From: a virus
Lineage: Duplodnaviria; Caudoviricetes
Strand: one strand, 5' to 3'
DNA length: 64,000 nt
Virus record (IMG/VR): IMGVR_UViG_3300037067_018912
Coordinates: 192,001-256,000 of that record
In this document: piece after piece, positions 42,023 to 52,485 of the stretch
How the letters are laid out: the number at the start of each line of letters is the position of its first letter
Position numbering within the stretch: the first letter of the stretch is position 1
Program-made: the position numbers and the translations under genes
Notes under the pieces: model-generated
Database searches by the model: none
What the model was told of the DNA's origin: nothing
What the model saw: only the letters and a program-made list of their open reading frames with translations

Positions 42023-44047
42023 TTATTCCTCAAGATTAATGTTCTCAATGTCTTTGAAATCAATGTCTTCACCTTCATTAATTTTCTGCTTCTCATGAAT
42101 GCCGTTACTGTTTTCGAGCAGCGTGTCTATCTCGTTGATCATCATTTGTGCTTTCCCAACCATCTCGTCATTGATCTCATTATTTTCGTTGATGACTTTT
42201 TTATATTCTTCGGCATTTTTATGTTCCGGTTCAGAACTACTACCATAAACAAGTTTCTCAACTAATTTACTGTAATCTTCCATATTCATTTTTCCTTCAG
42301 CCATTGGAGGGAGTTCGCCCCCACCTCCGGCAGGTGGTGCTCCACCACCCAACGGTGCTCCACCAACATTCTCAGGACCACCCATCGGAGGTGCTCCTGC
42401 AGGTCCGCCCGCCGGAGGTGCTCCTGCGGGTCCGCCTGCAGGTGGTGCTCCGGGAAGTTCACCGGGTGCTCCACCCATTTCGGTTGAACCCGACATAATG
42501 CCTGCCGTTTCACCGAATCTTTTATCAATATCAGCGAACAAACCAGATTTCTTGATTGACACGGGTGCGTCAGCGAGTTCCTGCATTACAACCTTCTCCA
42601 TCTTCTGTTGTTTCAAGTCTTCGACAATTTCCCTGTCGGTCATATTAAACAACATCCTCTTTGCATTGGTGTGAGACATTGCACCGAGACCTGCTTCTGC
42701 ACGGGTGAGTTCGGTGTAAGTCTGTGCTTTTTCACGCAGGAGTTCAGCCTTCATCTGTTCTTGTTGAATTGACGGATTCGTCAATGTCAACGTGAAATTA
42801 TTCAAATCTTCACCCGTATAACCCATCAGGTATAAGTGAATCATGGCCATTTTATTGAGTTCTTGAATCATGGCCTGTTGAATACGATTTATCTTTTTTG
42901 CAAAACGGATATCATATTGTGCCATGTTCTTGCCCGCACCCGCAGCATCTTGAAAACTGAGGAACGGTTTCGGAATTCCGAGTCCGGAGAAAAGATTGTC
43001 CCTTAAATATTCAATATCGTGTATTTGATCAAGATTGGTTGCACCGGGAAGTGTCTCAACACCTGTTTGTGTGTTTGCATTCCTGACAGGTAAGAAATAA
43101 TCCTCGTCGTTGCCTAAGATATTGAAACGGTAGTCGATTTGGCCGTCGTTCGGAGAAACTTGTGCAACCTTTTTGAATTTGGTTGCAACCTTGTATATGT
43201 ATTCCTCGATATCCTCTTCATCAATGTTTCCAACATCGATTTTGAAGACTTTCTTTTCACCTGCACGAATGATACGATATGTTAACATAGCATCTTCGGC
43301 CATAACTAACTGTCTGAACACCCTACGGACTTTATTCAAGATCGATGATCCATAAGGAAGATATTTGTCATCACCAAGAAGCCTGAAATGTGCAATTTCA
43401 AACACGTTGAACTCGTCCCCCGTCATCCTCTCTTTAAACCTGATGATCGGTTTGCCGTTTTGAATCCTCTCGAACCTTTCAATCTCATAATTAACAAGTT
43501 GTTTTACGTGGGTGATGCCTTTCTTACGTTCACCATAAAGAAGAACGAAATTATCCCCATATTTTGCTACGTTTCTTACCCAAAAAGGCAAGTTTACGTT
43601 GACATTTACAATATCGTTGAATAATTCTTCAAGAAAGGTTTTGATCCTCTCCTTGTTGGAATATATGTTCAACATTTTGCCGTTCATTCCAATGGTTGTG
43701 GCCTCTTCCATAATTAAATCCAATGCACTTGATATTATGGGATAGTATTCCATTCCCTCATAGTCGATATATGCTGGAAGTCTTGCAGCCTCGTATTGGA
43801 GTGCCTTTTGAAAACCCCTGTCAGACGTGCGGAAGAACTTGTTTTGAAGTTCCTTTTTCTGTTGCAACTCCAATCCTTTCCGGTGTATCTCTTCCGGGGT
43901 CGTCCCTTTAATGATGATCTTCGTGGCATTCGATGCAGGTGTCGATTGGGATATTGCAGGTTGTGCGTCCTGAAAAGCCATCCCATCGAGATTGAGCATC
44001 TTGTTGAGTTGCTGGTATATAGTGCCTTTTTTTTGTTCTTCAGCCAT
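42023..44047 (-). CDS. Portal protein (gp20-like)
   Basis: YGDNF, IAHFR, PYGSSIL, EDAMLTYRIIRA, IDVGN, EDYFLP, TLPG. Confidence 0.95.
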   Translation of the reverse strand: MAEEQKKGTIYQQLNKMLNLDGMAFQDAQPAISQSTPASNATKIIIKGTTPEEIHRKGLELQQKKELQNKFFRTSDRGFQKALQYEAARLPAYIDYEGMEYYPIISSALDLIMEEATTIGMNGKMLNIYSNKERIKTFLEELFNDIVNVNVNLPFWVRNVAKYGDNFVLLYGERKKGITHVKQLVNYEIERFERIQNGKPIIRFKERMTGDEFNVFEIAHFRLLGDDKYLPYGSSILNKVRRVFRQLVMAEDAMLTYRIIRAGEKKVFKIDVGNIDEEDIEEYIYKVATKFKKVAQVSPNDGQIDYRFNILGNDEDYFLPVRNANTQTGVETLPGATNLDQIHDIEYLRDNLFSGLGIPKPFLSFQDAAGAGKNMAQYDIRFAKKINRIQQAMIQELNKMAMIHLYLMGYTGEDLNNFTLTLTNPSIQQEQMKAELLREKAQTYTELTRAEAGLGAMSHTNAKRMLFNMTDREIVEDLKQQKMEKVVMQELADAPVSIKKSGLFADIDKRFGETAGIMSGSTEMGGAPGELPGAPPAGGPAGAPPAGGPAGAPPMGGPENVGGAPLGGGAPPAGGGGELPPMAEGKMNMEDYSKLVEKLVYGSSSEPEHKNAEEYKKVINENNEINDEMVGKAQMMINEIDTLLENSNGIHEKQKINEGEDIDFKDIENINLEE

Positions 44048-44118
44048 TTTTATAAAATTTTATACTTTTTTATAAATACTTTAATTTTCGTGAAAAGTCT
44101 TTCACGTATAAATACATT

Positions 44119-46173
44119 CTAACTTTTCTTTTTCTCTCCGATGCCCTTGAACAACCACGAATGTGAAATATATGGATTCAGCAACGACACACTGTTCGGA
44201 GAGATCATCGGTTTGTTTTTATATCCCTTGCTTTTTTCAATGTTCTGTATATCGTTATTGTTGATAATTGCATTGAGCATGTGTTCAGTTACTCCTTTAC
44301 TTTGTTTGAAGCGAGCCATATCGAAATTCAACACATACAAGGCCGTGGCCAAACCCATGATGGAATCGTCATGAAACGATCGTTTGTGATCGGCAACACG
44401 ATTTCCGGGAACTGTGACGAAGGTTTTCAATTCTTCAAGCAGCCTAACTGATCGAATTATCACATCCTCCATATGTATTGCCCTTTGCATTTCAAGAAGT
44501 ACGGATGCCCGGTTGTTGCCGATGAAGAATCCGGGAATCAGATCGACATTAATGACAGTACCATCAGACATCACTTTCTGACCTTTCTTTATATATCCTT
44601 GCAACCTGTCACGACTCGGCTTGTGTGTGACCTCGGCATAATGAACATTGTCGTATCCGAATTCCAAAAGTTTCTCAACTGTTTGTACTCCATAACCTCC
44701 GGTGATATCAACAACACAATATGCATTGTTGTACCGCTTCCCAAATTGGTAGGCTATCTCTGAGAGCATTTGAGGTGTAATCTTCCCATAGTATTCTGCA
44801 ACTTGTTCAACCTTATGCCTTTTTATCCTGACTTTCTTCGTCTTCCCGCCTTTGGTGATAATCTTCTCCTCGATTGTTTCCATCGTCTTTAAGATGTTGC
44901 AAGTAGAATTGTCTTCACCGTGTCCCGGTGAAGCGTCCAATGTCATAATATAATCCTCTCCGGGTTCGGCATCCTCCCAAATCCACATATTATTGTCAAT
45001 GTATTCCTGACGGAGTATTGGCAAAACTTCCTTTTCTTGTATACGCTTTAAAAACTCTTCAGCAATGAAGTTGTCGCCTGAACCAAGGAATGAACATAAA
45101 AGTTCTTGTGCAATTTTCCGCATGTCACCGTTAGCACCACGAATCTGCTCGTCGAACCAAGGAGAGTTGGCTTCCCAACCATCGTCCATCATTTGAATCC
45201 TCTTCTCCTTGTCCCAATTCTCGTCGATTAGACTAATTTCGTTTTGCTTGCCCTTGTTCTTCTTCCAACATAAATTCTTGTTATAACGGGGATCGTTGAA
45301 CCACCACAATTCCACGGGAGTGAAATTATTCTTGTCTTTCCTTGCTTCAGTGAATGTTTTGTAAAATACGGCGTCGAGACCGGAAGGAGTGCTGACCATA
45401 ATTGCACCACCACCTGTTTGAAGTGTCGGTAAAGCAGAAGTCCAAAACTTGTCACCTTTTTCTGTCCATGCGGTTTCATCCCAAAATATCAATGTAGGAG
45501 TCATACCACGGAGTCCGCCTTTCGATGAGAATGCACCAAGTTTTGAACCGTTGTCATATATTTTCAATTTTTGGGTGTCCTTGAGGAATTTTTCCTGCGT
45601 CCTGCCTGTCTTCGGCCTCAACCATACGGGGCAGCACTCTATGAAATCGACAACATCGCTCATAAGTTCGTCACGTGCGGTTTCCAATCTGTCAGCAACA
45701 ATAGCAACCTGTCTATTCTTATTAAACATTACATACCATGCAATGAATGCGCATGTGGTTGTCGAAACCCCCGCCTGACGGTACTTGTTGGCAACAACAA
45801 ATTGTTCCCTCACGTATGTTTCAATTAAATCCTTTTGGAATTCAAACAATTTAAACGGTACGATCATACCGCCCTTGCCCTGTGTTTGATCGAAGATTGT
45901 TAAATATGTTTCAATGAAATAGATTGGATTTGAGGCGCATCGAACAATTTCGTCCTCTTGTTCATTATATGTTAATTCACCCACTTTTTTTAACGCACCA
46001 CTTTTTGTGATGATAATGGGTTCTATATTCCCGAACTTTTTTCTTAATTCGGCGGCCAGTTTCCTCGTTTCTTCTTTCTCTTTCTCCTTTTGTGCGTCAA
46101 AAGGAATCACAGGTACGTGCTCCGGGGCATCGTCCTTATCATCGAAACTACCGTCTTTCGGCTTAGTACTCAT
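44119..46173 (-). CDS. Terminase large subunit (gp17-like)
   Basis: KYRQAGVSTT, DETAW, STPSG, QELLCSF, HDDSIM. Confidence 0.95.
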   Translation of the reverse strand: MSTKPKDGSFDDKDDAPEHVPVIPFDAQKEKEKEETRKLAAELRKKFGNIEPIIITKSGALKKVGELTYNEQEDEIVRCASNPIYFIETYLTIFDQTQGKGGMIVPFKLFEFQKDLIETYVREQFVVANKYRQAGVSTTTCAFIAWYVMFNKNRQVAIVADRLETARDELMSDVVDFIECCPVWLRPKTGRTQEKFLKDTQKLKIYDNGSKLGAFSSKGGLRGMTPTLIFWDETAWTEKGDKFWTSALPTLQTGGGAIMVSTPSGLDAVFYKTFTEARKDKNNFTPVELWWFNDPRYNKNLCWKKNKGKQNEISLIDENWDKEKRIQMMDDGWEANSPWFDEQIRGANGDMRKIAQELLCSFLGSGDNFIAEEFLKRIQEKEVLPILRQEYIDNNMWIWEDAEPGEDYIMTLDASPGHGEDNSTCNILKTMETIEEKIITKGGKTKKVRIKRHKVEQVAEYYGKITPQMLSEIAYQFGKRYNNAYCVVDITGGYGVQTVEKLLEFGYDNVHYAEVTHKPSRDRLQGYIKKGQKVMSDGTVINVDLIPGFFIGNNRASVLLEMQRAIHMEDVIIRSVRLLEELKTFVTVPGNRVADHKRSFHDDSIMGLATALYVLNFDMARFKQSKGVTEHMLNAIINNNDIQNIEKSKGYKNKPMISPNSVSLLNPYISHSWLFKGIGEKKKS

Positions 46174-46294
46174 TTATAGGAATTTATAATAAATACTTCC
46201 TATATATAAAAACCGCAAAGCACGGTATACATCCAGGTATATCGTGCTTCGAAACCCCTTCACCCTAATTTGGTGTGATGGGCAGTTATAAATA

Positions 46295-46783
46295 CTACAG
46301 TTTTATCGAAGAGATTTCAACAAACTCATTGTTTTTCATTATTATTTTTCTTGCCTTCAACAAGTCTTTAACTTTCGCCAATGTAGTTCCGTAATGAAAC
46401 ACGAGTAATGGTAATTCCTCGTTGTCTTGTTCGAACATCTTCGAATAATCGCTTGATTGACCATCAGTATTGTCGTCAGTATCAACCATTTCATATGCAA
46501 GTGCATGTATTGTATGATATCCATGCATGTATGGTCGATCTACCGCCTCATGAAGACAGAATAGATCGAAAGAATCTGTTTTCAAGTTGATGATGAGATT
46601 AATGTAATTCTCCGTCGGCGGGACTGCATTGTCACATGCGGGTATCAAATCCCAACACCAATCTTCGACCAATATGTTGGTCTCATCGAATGAAAATATG
46701 AACTCGTACAACCCCTCGTCTTTGGAATTATAGCCGATTTTGTGTACGAAAATCAATTTCAATCTGCTGTCATCATTGTCCAT
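46295..46783 (-). CDS. Hypothetical late protein
   Basis: Late motif at 46800-46807. Confidence 0.6.
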   Translation of the reverse strand: MDNDDSRLKLIFVHKIGYNSKDEGLYEFIFSFDETNILVEDWCWDLIPACDNAVPPTENYINLIINLKTDSFDLFCLHEAVDRPYMHGYHTIHALAYEMVDTDDNTDGQSSDYSKMFEQDNEELPLLVFHYGTTLAKVKDLLKARKIIMKNNEFVEISSIKL

Positions 46784-46868
46784 AACATGAAATTTTCACA
46801 TAAATACATGAAATAAAAAAACCCGGAGGGAATCCTTCCGGGTCTTGTATTGTTATGTAGGGTTGTTT

Positions 46869-47324
46869 TTACATGAAATGCCTGCCGAGTTCTTCATTGG
46901 TGACACGTTTATTCATCTTGTATTTCTCGTTCAAACAAAAGTAAAGTCCTTGTATTTCGAAATAATACCTGTTACGCATCAATTTATACTTTCTCCTTAC
47001 ATAATAAGTCGCACAGAACGAGACCGGGGTAAGTACAATCAAAGTCAGCAGCATTGTACTGTGGTGATGGAAAATCATGGCAAGAAAGAGGAAAAGTATC
47101 GGCACAACCAATTTGAAGATGTAATGGTAGGTTAAGAGGATATCGAGGGATTCCACGAAATAAGAACTTGCAATCCCTTTTAACTTGTCACATTTTTTGA
47201 TGGTGGCGTTATTGGCATAATCGACACATAATTTATTGTACTTTTCTTCGTCGTGTTTCGTTTTATACCAAAATTTGAAGGAATTCATAAAACTCCTGAA
47301 AATCAAAACCAGATCAGTATCCAT
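46869..47324 (-). CDS. Membrane protein (two predicted TM helices)
   Basis: Hydrophobic segments; flanked by its own promoter-like motif and terminators. Confidence 0.55.
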   Translation of the reverse strand: MDTDLVLIFRSFMNSFKFWYKTKHDEEKYNKLCVDYANNATIKKCDKLKGIASSYFVESLDILLTYHYIFKLVVPILFLFLAMIFHHHSTMLLTLIVLTPVSFCATYYVRRKYKLMRNRYYFEIQGLYFCLNEKYKMNKRVTNEELGRHFM

Positions 47325-47424
47325 ATTTGTTTTATTATTTACAGGATGTTACGAAGTTCCAAAAATTTTGTTACAAAAAAAAGACCCGAAATTTTGTTTC
47401 CGGGTCTTTTTTTAAATTCTTATA

Positions 47425-50319
47425 TTAATTAGGTCCACCACCAAGTGTAAAGTTTCCACCACCAGTTCCACCACCACCAAACGGATTTTCAAGGTTTAAT
47501 GGTTTGTATTGGAATCCCATTGAACCTCCTTCAATAAAATCGGGCATGCGCAATCTGTCGGTTTCATATCCCTGTTTCATTACAGCATATTTGACTTCCG
47601 GCGACATCCTGCTCATCATATTCTGCCTGGCGGCTTTAAATCTGCCATTGAGAGCATCTTTGAATATGTCGGTAAATACCGCATCAATTGATTGGGGATC
47701 GTTTTGATCAAGATTTTCGAACTTCTGTGCACTCGATTGAAAAGCACTTTTCATTTTTGCCCAAAATTCCTCAGTCACAACACCCTTTTCTTTCATTGAG
47801 GACTCAAACAGATTGAATTGTTTATCGATCAGGCCGTCAAGTTTCTTCAACGTTTCAGATTTTTTCGATTCAGTAAGCATTGGTTTCCTCAAACCGACTC
47901 TTTCTTCAATGCGAGCACGAACATATTTACGAAATTTTTGTTCAGATTCAGACATTTCAGATTTTTCCTCGGTTTTTTTCTTTCCAAAGAACTTTTCCTG
48001 TGCAGGTGTTAATTTTTTCTTGCCGGGTGCTGATTTCTTTTCTTCGGGTTTCTCTTCCGTTTCTTCTTCTTCGGGTTTTTCTGTTTCATTTACCTTTTTC
48101 AATCCTTTGGGTGCAGTTGTGAAAGGCTTACCTTTTCCAACCACGCCGCCTTTTGTTTCTGCGAGGTATGTATTGACACCGTCGGCTATCTGCCTGATCA
48201 ATTTATGCTTCGCTTCATTCATCGAGATGTTGACCGTCTTGTCGGGACTGATGTTAATATCGACGCCCGTTGTCGGAGCACCGTCCGGTTTCGCCGTTAC
48301 AACGCCGAGGGATTGTGCTTCGGGTGCGAATTTTATTCCGTCATCGCTTGCACTGCCCATATCTTCGCCTCCCATCATGTCTTCTGCCTTTTCTTCTGCC
48401 GGGGATTCCCCTGCTTCATGTTCGGGGGATTCGAGTTCCTCGTCATCCTCTTTCAACATGTTGGGTTGAACTTCTACATTGCCGGGATCGACAACACCTT
48501 CCGCCGCCATTTTAACCTGACCTGCAGTAGTCTTCGCAGTCTGACCTTGCTTCCATGCATTTTGTGCTGCAGCATTCATGGGTTTACCACTTTTGCCAAC
48601 AGCAGGTGCTGCCGGAGCACTGATTTGAGCCACTATCTGATTCAACAATTGTTGAACTTCCGGCGGAGTCTGTCCTGCTTTTTTCGTTGTACTGACAAGA
48701 TTGTTGATTTGTTTCGCCAATTCATTGGCAGAATCTTGGAGTTTCTTGTATGCGGGATTTACTTCTCCTTTATAATATTGTTGTTTGACTGCTTGACCTG
48801 CTTGTCCAACTGCCTGTGCTCCTTGTTTAAGCGCACCACCAACTGCCTGTGCTCCTTGTTTGACTGCACCACCGACCGCTTGGCCTGCAGATTTAAGTCC
48901 TCCACCAATTGCACTACCAGCAGCCTTACCCAGGCTTTTCAGACCACCCCAAAGTTCGTCAATTTTCTGTTGTTTGTTTTCATCTCCGCTTTCGTTCATC
49001 GTATTGACAAAAGGTGCTAATTCATTAACATACTCCTCATGTCCGTATTCCTCTTTCAAACATTCCATAATGGAATCGTTCGCATATAATGCAACATTAC
49101 CGAAATCACCATCGTTTTGGCCTTCTCCGTGTGCAGTCGCATATCCTCCAATCAGGCTACCCAATTCTTCATTGCCACATTCGGCGATTGATTCTTTGGT
49201 GTATCCTCTTGATTCAGCATACTGTGCGAAATTACCGCATTCAGCGCACATTCCTTCTTCAACACCTGCTTCATCATCCTGTGGAACAGTTGCACTAACG
49301 TCCTCAATTTCATCATCAGGAACGACTTTGAGTATCAAGTCGGCAATTTCCTTCCTGTCTTCGATTTCGATGTTCCTGATTTTGTTTTTGAATGAAGTGA
49401 TGAATGATTTAAGGTATGACTTGATTTGAGGTGGTTCTAAGTCTGTTTTCCTTATTTTTTCCGTCAACTTGCCAAGGCTTTTTTCAATTTCCTGCATGGT
49501 GAGACTTTTTTCATCTTCCGGTGCAGCAACTGCATCATCTGCCATTGCTTCAGCATCAGCATCTTCACCACCTTCGGGAGCAGGTTCACCTTCACCGCCT
49601 TCAGGAGACATTCCTTCTCCACCTTCCGGGGCAGGTTCACCTTCACCACCTTCCGGGGCAGGCATATCTCCACCTTCAGCAGGAGGTAATCCTTCACCAC
49701 CTTCAGCAGGAGGTAATCCTTCACCACCTTCCGGGGCAGGCATTCCTTCGCCACCTTCAGCAGGAGGTAATCCTTCACCACCTTCCGGGGCAGGCATATC
49801 TCCACCTTCGGGAGCGGATGGTTCTGCTTCCAATCCGGCATCCATTTCTGCTTCGGGAGCGACAGGTCCGGCGGGAACTTCTGCTGCCGCTGCAGCATCA
49901 AGGTCACCCAATTTTTCTTCTGCTTGGTCAATCTCTTCACCAGCCTTATCTTCGTTTAATCTTTTCTTTCCACCATTCGGATTCGGCCTTAACCGGGAAG
50001 ATTCTGAAATTACGTTGAGCAGCATGCTTCTCTGCTTATCGGCTTCCGAAAGTTTCTGAAACTGATATTCAGTGATATTACCCAATCCGCCAATATATGC
50101 AAAATCGGAAACATCAGGGTCTTGTTTCAAACCAGCCTTTTTTATGTAATAATGATGCTGTTCTTTGATGATACCGTAAGCAATACCGTCTGCTGCCCGC
50201 TTGTAATCGATCAGTGTGCCCAGGTTGCGAATTTGAGATTCTTTTACTGAAACCTTGTTCACTTCCGCCAAGTTTCTCAGTCTTGAGTAAAAAGCCTCTT
50301 CTGAACTATGTTTTTTCAT
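47425..50319 (-). CDS. Large acidic low-complexity late (putative internal head) protein
   Basis: 964 aa with PEGGE repeats and many x-x-E sites; late motif at 50359-50367. Confidence 0.7.
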   Translation of the reverse strand: MKKHSSEEAFYSRLRNLAEVNKVSVKESQIRNLGTLIDYKRAADGIAYGIIKEQHHYYIKKAGLKQDPDVSDFAYIGGLGNITEYQFQKLSEADKQRSMLLNVISESSRLRPNPNGGKKRLNEDKAGEEIDQAEEKLGDLDAAAAAEVPAGPVAPEAEMDAGLEAEPSAPEGGDMPAPEGGEGLPPAEGGEGMPAPEGGEGLPPAEGGEGLPPAEGGDMPAPEGGEGEPAPEGGEGMSPEGGEGEPAPEGGEDADAEAMADDAVAAPEDEKSLTMQEIEKSLGKLTEKIRKTDLEPPQIKSYLKSFITSFKNKIRNIEIEDRKEIADLILKVVPDDEIEDVSATVPQDDEAGVEEGMCAECGNFAQYAESRGYTKESIAECGNEELGSLIGGYATAHGEGQNDGDFGNVALYANDSIMECLKEEYGHEEYVNELAPFVNTMNESGDENKQQKIDELWGGLKSLGKAAGSAIGGGLKSAGQAVGGAVKQGAQAVGGALKQGAQAVGQAGQAVKQQYYKGEVNPAYKKLQDSANELAKQINNLVSTTKKAGQTPPEVQQLLNQIVAQISAPAAPAVGKSGKPMNAAAQNAWKQGQTAKTTAGQVKMAAEGVVDPGNVEVQPNMLKEDDEELESPEHEAGESPAEEKAEDMMGGEDMGSASDDGIKFAPEAQSLGVVTAKPDGAPTTGVDINISPDKTVNISMNEAKHKLIRQIADGVNTYLAETKGGVVGKGKPFTTAPKGLKKVNETEKPEEEETEEKPEEKKSAPGKKKLTPAQEKFFGKKKTEEKSEMSESEQKFRKYVRARIEERVGLRKPMLTESKKSETLKKLDGLIDKQFNLFESSMKEKGVVTEEFWAKMKSAFQSSAQKFENLDQNDPQSIDAVFTDIFKDALNGRFKAARQNMMSRMSPEVKYAVMKQGYETDRLRMPDFIEGGSMGFQYKPLNLENPFGGGGTGGGNFTLGGGPN
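49565..49815 (-). repeat. Tandem 24-27-nt coding repeat (P-A-P/A-E-G-G-E-G)
   Basis: Recurrent CCTTCACCACCTTC...GCAGG units, about 9 copies. Confidence 0.85.
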
Positions 50320-50394
50320 TTGAATGAATTTATTAGTCTTATTATTTATATACTTTTTTATAAATACTTATCAGAGAACAAAAAAATGCCCATC

Positions 50395-50643
50395 TTACAT
50401 TATTTCGTAATTTTCGGACATTATCCGATTCTTGACCAGCATCTCCTGAACCATTGGTGTTACCAATCCTCTCCTCCGGTAATTATCAATCACAGCCTGA
50501 TTCGCTTTTACATGCGAAACATTCTCGTTTAACATTTTCGCATTTCTATGCAAATCGCCAATGATCTCGTAAAAGACCTTTTCGGCCTTTTTCCTTTCAA
50601 CATACTCGATCAAATGCTCTTTTTTTACTATGATTCTTTTCAT
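50395..50643 (-). CDS. Hypothetical protein
   Basis: Coupled ORF. Confidence 0.6.
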   Translation of the reverse strand: MKRIIVKKEHLIEYVERKKAEKVFYEIIGDLHRNAKMLNENVSHVKANQAVIDNYRRRGLVTPMVQEMLVKNRIMSENYEIM

Positions 50644-51452
50644 CTTTCAAACTCGTTGAGACTCAATTCCTGAGTCAAATAGTCATTTTTCAGTTCAACC
50701 ATCCTTTCAAGGTATCCGGTATTTCTCAAAACTTTAAACACGAGGTTTTCCACAGAATATTCACCACCGCTCTCAAGTCCAGTCTGTCTGTATTTCTTTA
50801 TTTTGTCTTTCAACTGCCCATGTTTTTTCAGAAAGTCTTTCTCGTTCTGATTCGTTTCCAAATCTTCGATGGAATTCATCAGGTCAGCCGCTTTCAGTTG
50901 AACATCTGAACTGTCAATATTGATGATCTTGTTTGTCGGTTTTCTGATCCAATCATTCCTTACAAGTGAATAAACACCTGAAGAATGGTGTGGTTCTCCG
51001 GCATCCTCAAGATACATTTCGACATCATGTCCCTTGACTTGTATCGGAAGTTTCTCCGCCCACAACTGTTTCTTCAAACGGAAAAAATCGCCAACAAATT
51101 CCTTATTTAACGAAATCTGATTGAAATCCATAATAACGTGAACGTCCAAGTCGGAATCTTCGTTATAATTATAATTGGCCATACTTCCCGTTAGGACTAT
51201 ATCGTTGTATTTCAAATCCTCCACGCCCGCAAACTCGATGAATCTTTTGGCATTCATTAACAACGCCTTTCTCACTTCCGATTTCAACACATCACCATCC
51301 CAAATAAGCGGTGATAATGTGTCATTCATCTTGAGCGATGTCACGTCAACTTCATCGGGTTCGACAACCTCCTTTAAAACATCAGAGATGTTGTTTCTTT
51401 TCCAAAATCTACCCGACCAAGCACGAGGATTTTTATTTACTTCAACCATCAT
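50640..51452 (-). CDS. Nucleotidyltransferase (Pol beta superfamily)
   Basis: LTGSMANYNY..SDLDVHV (GS-x-DxD) and a third acidic residue in DVEMY. Confidence 0.8.
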   Translation of the reverse strand: MMVEVNKNPRAWSGRFWKRNNISDVLKEVVEPDEVDVTSLKMNDTLSPLIWDGDVLKSEVRKALLMNAKRFIEFAGVEDLKYNDIVLTGSMANYNYNEDSDLDVHVIMDFNQISLNKEFVGDFFRLKKQLWAEKLPIQVKGHDVEMYLEDAGEPHHSSGVYSLVRNDWIRKPTNKIINIDSSDVQLKAADLMNSIEDLETNQNEKDFLKKHGQLKDKIKKYRQTGLESGGEYSVENLVFKVLRNTGYLERMVELKNDYLTQELSLNEFER

Positions 51453-51838
51453 TATTGCATTTTTAATATATCCAATCTGTAGTTACCATCATGACGCAAT
51501 TGACCCCTTTGTCCCAATTTCATGAGATTAATTGTAACTGATTTGCCTGTGACCCGACCATCCTTTAATAAAGGAATGTCAACTTCTGATATGTCTTGTT
51601 GGGTTGAGGTATATTTAAACAATGCCCTATCGTCCAATTCGTACCCTTTTTTCGCCACAAGTTCTCTTAATCCTTTTACTGCATCATCGTAAGAATTAAA
51701 AACATTTGGTTTCGTTAAATCATTGGTTACGTCAGTAAAAACTCCACCCATGAAGGCTTCATTCAACTTAAAATCTGGGTTTAATTTAACCATGTTTTCA
51801 AATAACATGGCCTTGGTATCTTTTTGCTGCTTTTTCAT
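51452..51838 (-). CDS. Leader-bearing putative head protein
   Basis: MKKQQKDTKAMLFENMVKLNPDFKLNE leader. Confidence 0.65.
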   Translation of the reverse strand: MKKQQKDTKAMLFENMVKLNPDFKLNEAFMGGVFTDVTNDLTKPNVFNSYDDAVKGLRELVAKKGYELDDRALFKYTSTQQDISEVDIPLLKDGRVTGKSVTINLMKLGQRGQLRHDGNYRLDILKMQ

Positions 51839-51842
51839 GTTG

Positions 51843-52448
51843 TTACCTCCTGTAATTCTGATAAATGACATCGTTCTCCAAATCAACAGGTTGTCTTGTT
51901 GGTGTTGAAACCGGGACTACTCGTCCCATATCGTAACCAAACCAACGGCCTGACAAATCATCCAACCATTTCTGCGCTTCTTGTTCGGTGTTAAATTCCA
52001 TATCGTTTGTCGACCACACATTCTCACCCTTCCCGGCAACTTCTGCACGAAATTTGGTTTGAAGATCAACTTCTTCTGCAAGTTCCATATCATGATCGGA
52101 TTGTGGAAACATCCTGTCAATAAGATTATCAAGTTTTTCGATAATATCGAAATGATTGGTGCTCATAAGAAAATCAATTTTACCTTTGAGCAGTTCGGCT
52201 TTTTTCTTATTATCCATTTCACCTGGAACATATGCCTCATCCTCAATACCTTTCTTGAATCGTTTCGCCAACGCCTTGCGTTTTGGAGTGCAGGTTGGTT
52301 TTGACATGGGTGTACAATAACCTTTATGTTCGGGATCAACAGCCTTTTGAATCCATTTCTCATCCTCATTCAAGGATATTTTGACGCCGTTTAATTTAGC
52401 CATGTTCTCAAATAACATGGTCTTGGCATCTTTTTGCTGCTTTTTCAT
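51843..52448 (-). CDS. Leader-bearing putative head protein, multi-segment
   Basis: MKKQQKDAKTMLFENMAKLN...SLNE leader; late motif at 52463-52471. Confidence 0.65.
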   Translation of the reverse strand: MKKQQKDAKTMLFENMAKLNGVKISLNEDEKWIQKAVDPEHKGYCTPMSKPTCTPKRKALAKRFKKGIEDEAYVPGEMDNKKKAELLKGKIDFLMSTNHFDIIEKLDNLIDRMFPQSDHDMELAEEVDLQTKFRAEVAGKGENVWSTNDMEFNTEQEAQKWLDDLSGRWFGYDMGRVVPVSTPTRQPVDLENDVIYQNYRR

Positions 52449-52485
52449 ATTGTTGCGTTTATTATAAATACTTTACTGTTATTCA

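Noticed and set aside
45760-45795. Inactive terminase (Walker A reads RQAGVST, no GKS/T)
   Set aside because: An upstream Lys (K-x-R-Q-x-G) variant occurs in terminases, and the other motifs are intact.
47813-50059. Long plus-strand ORFs opposite the 964-aa gene, and similar ones opposite sheath, MCP and scaffold
   Set aside because: They are antisense shadows of biased or repetitive coding sequence.
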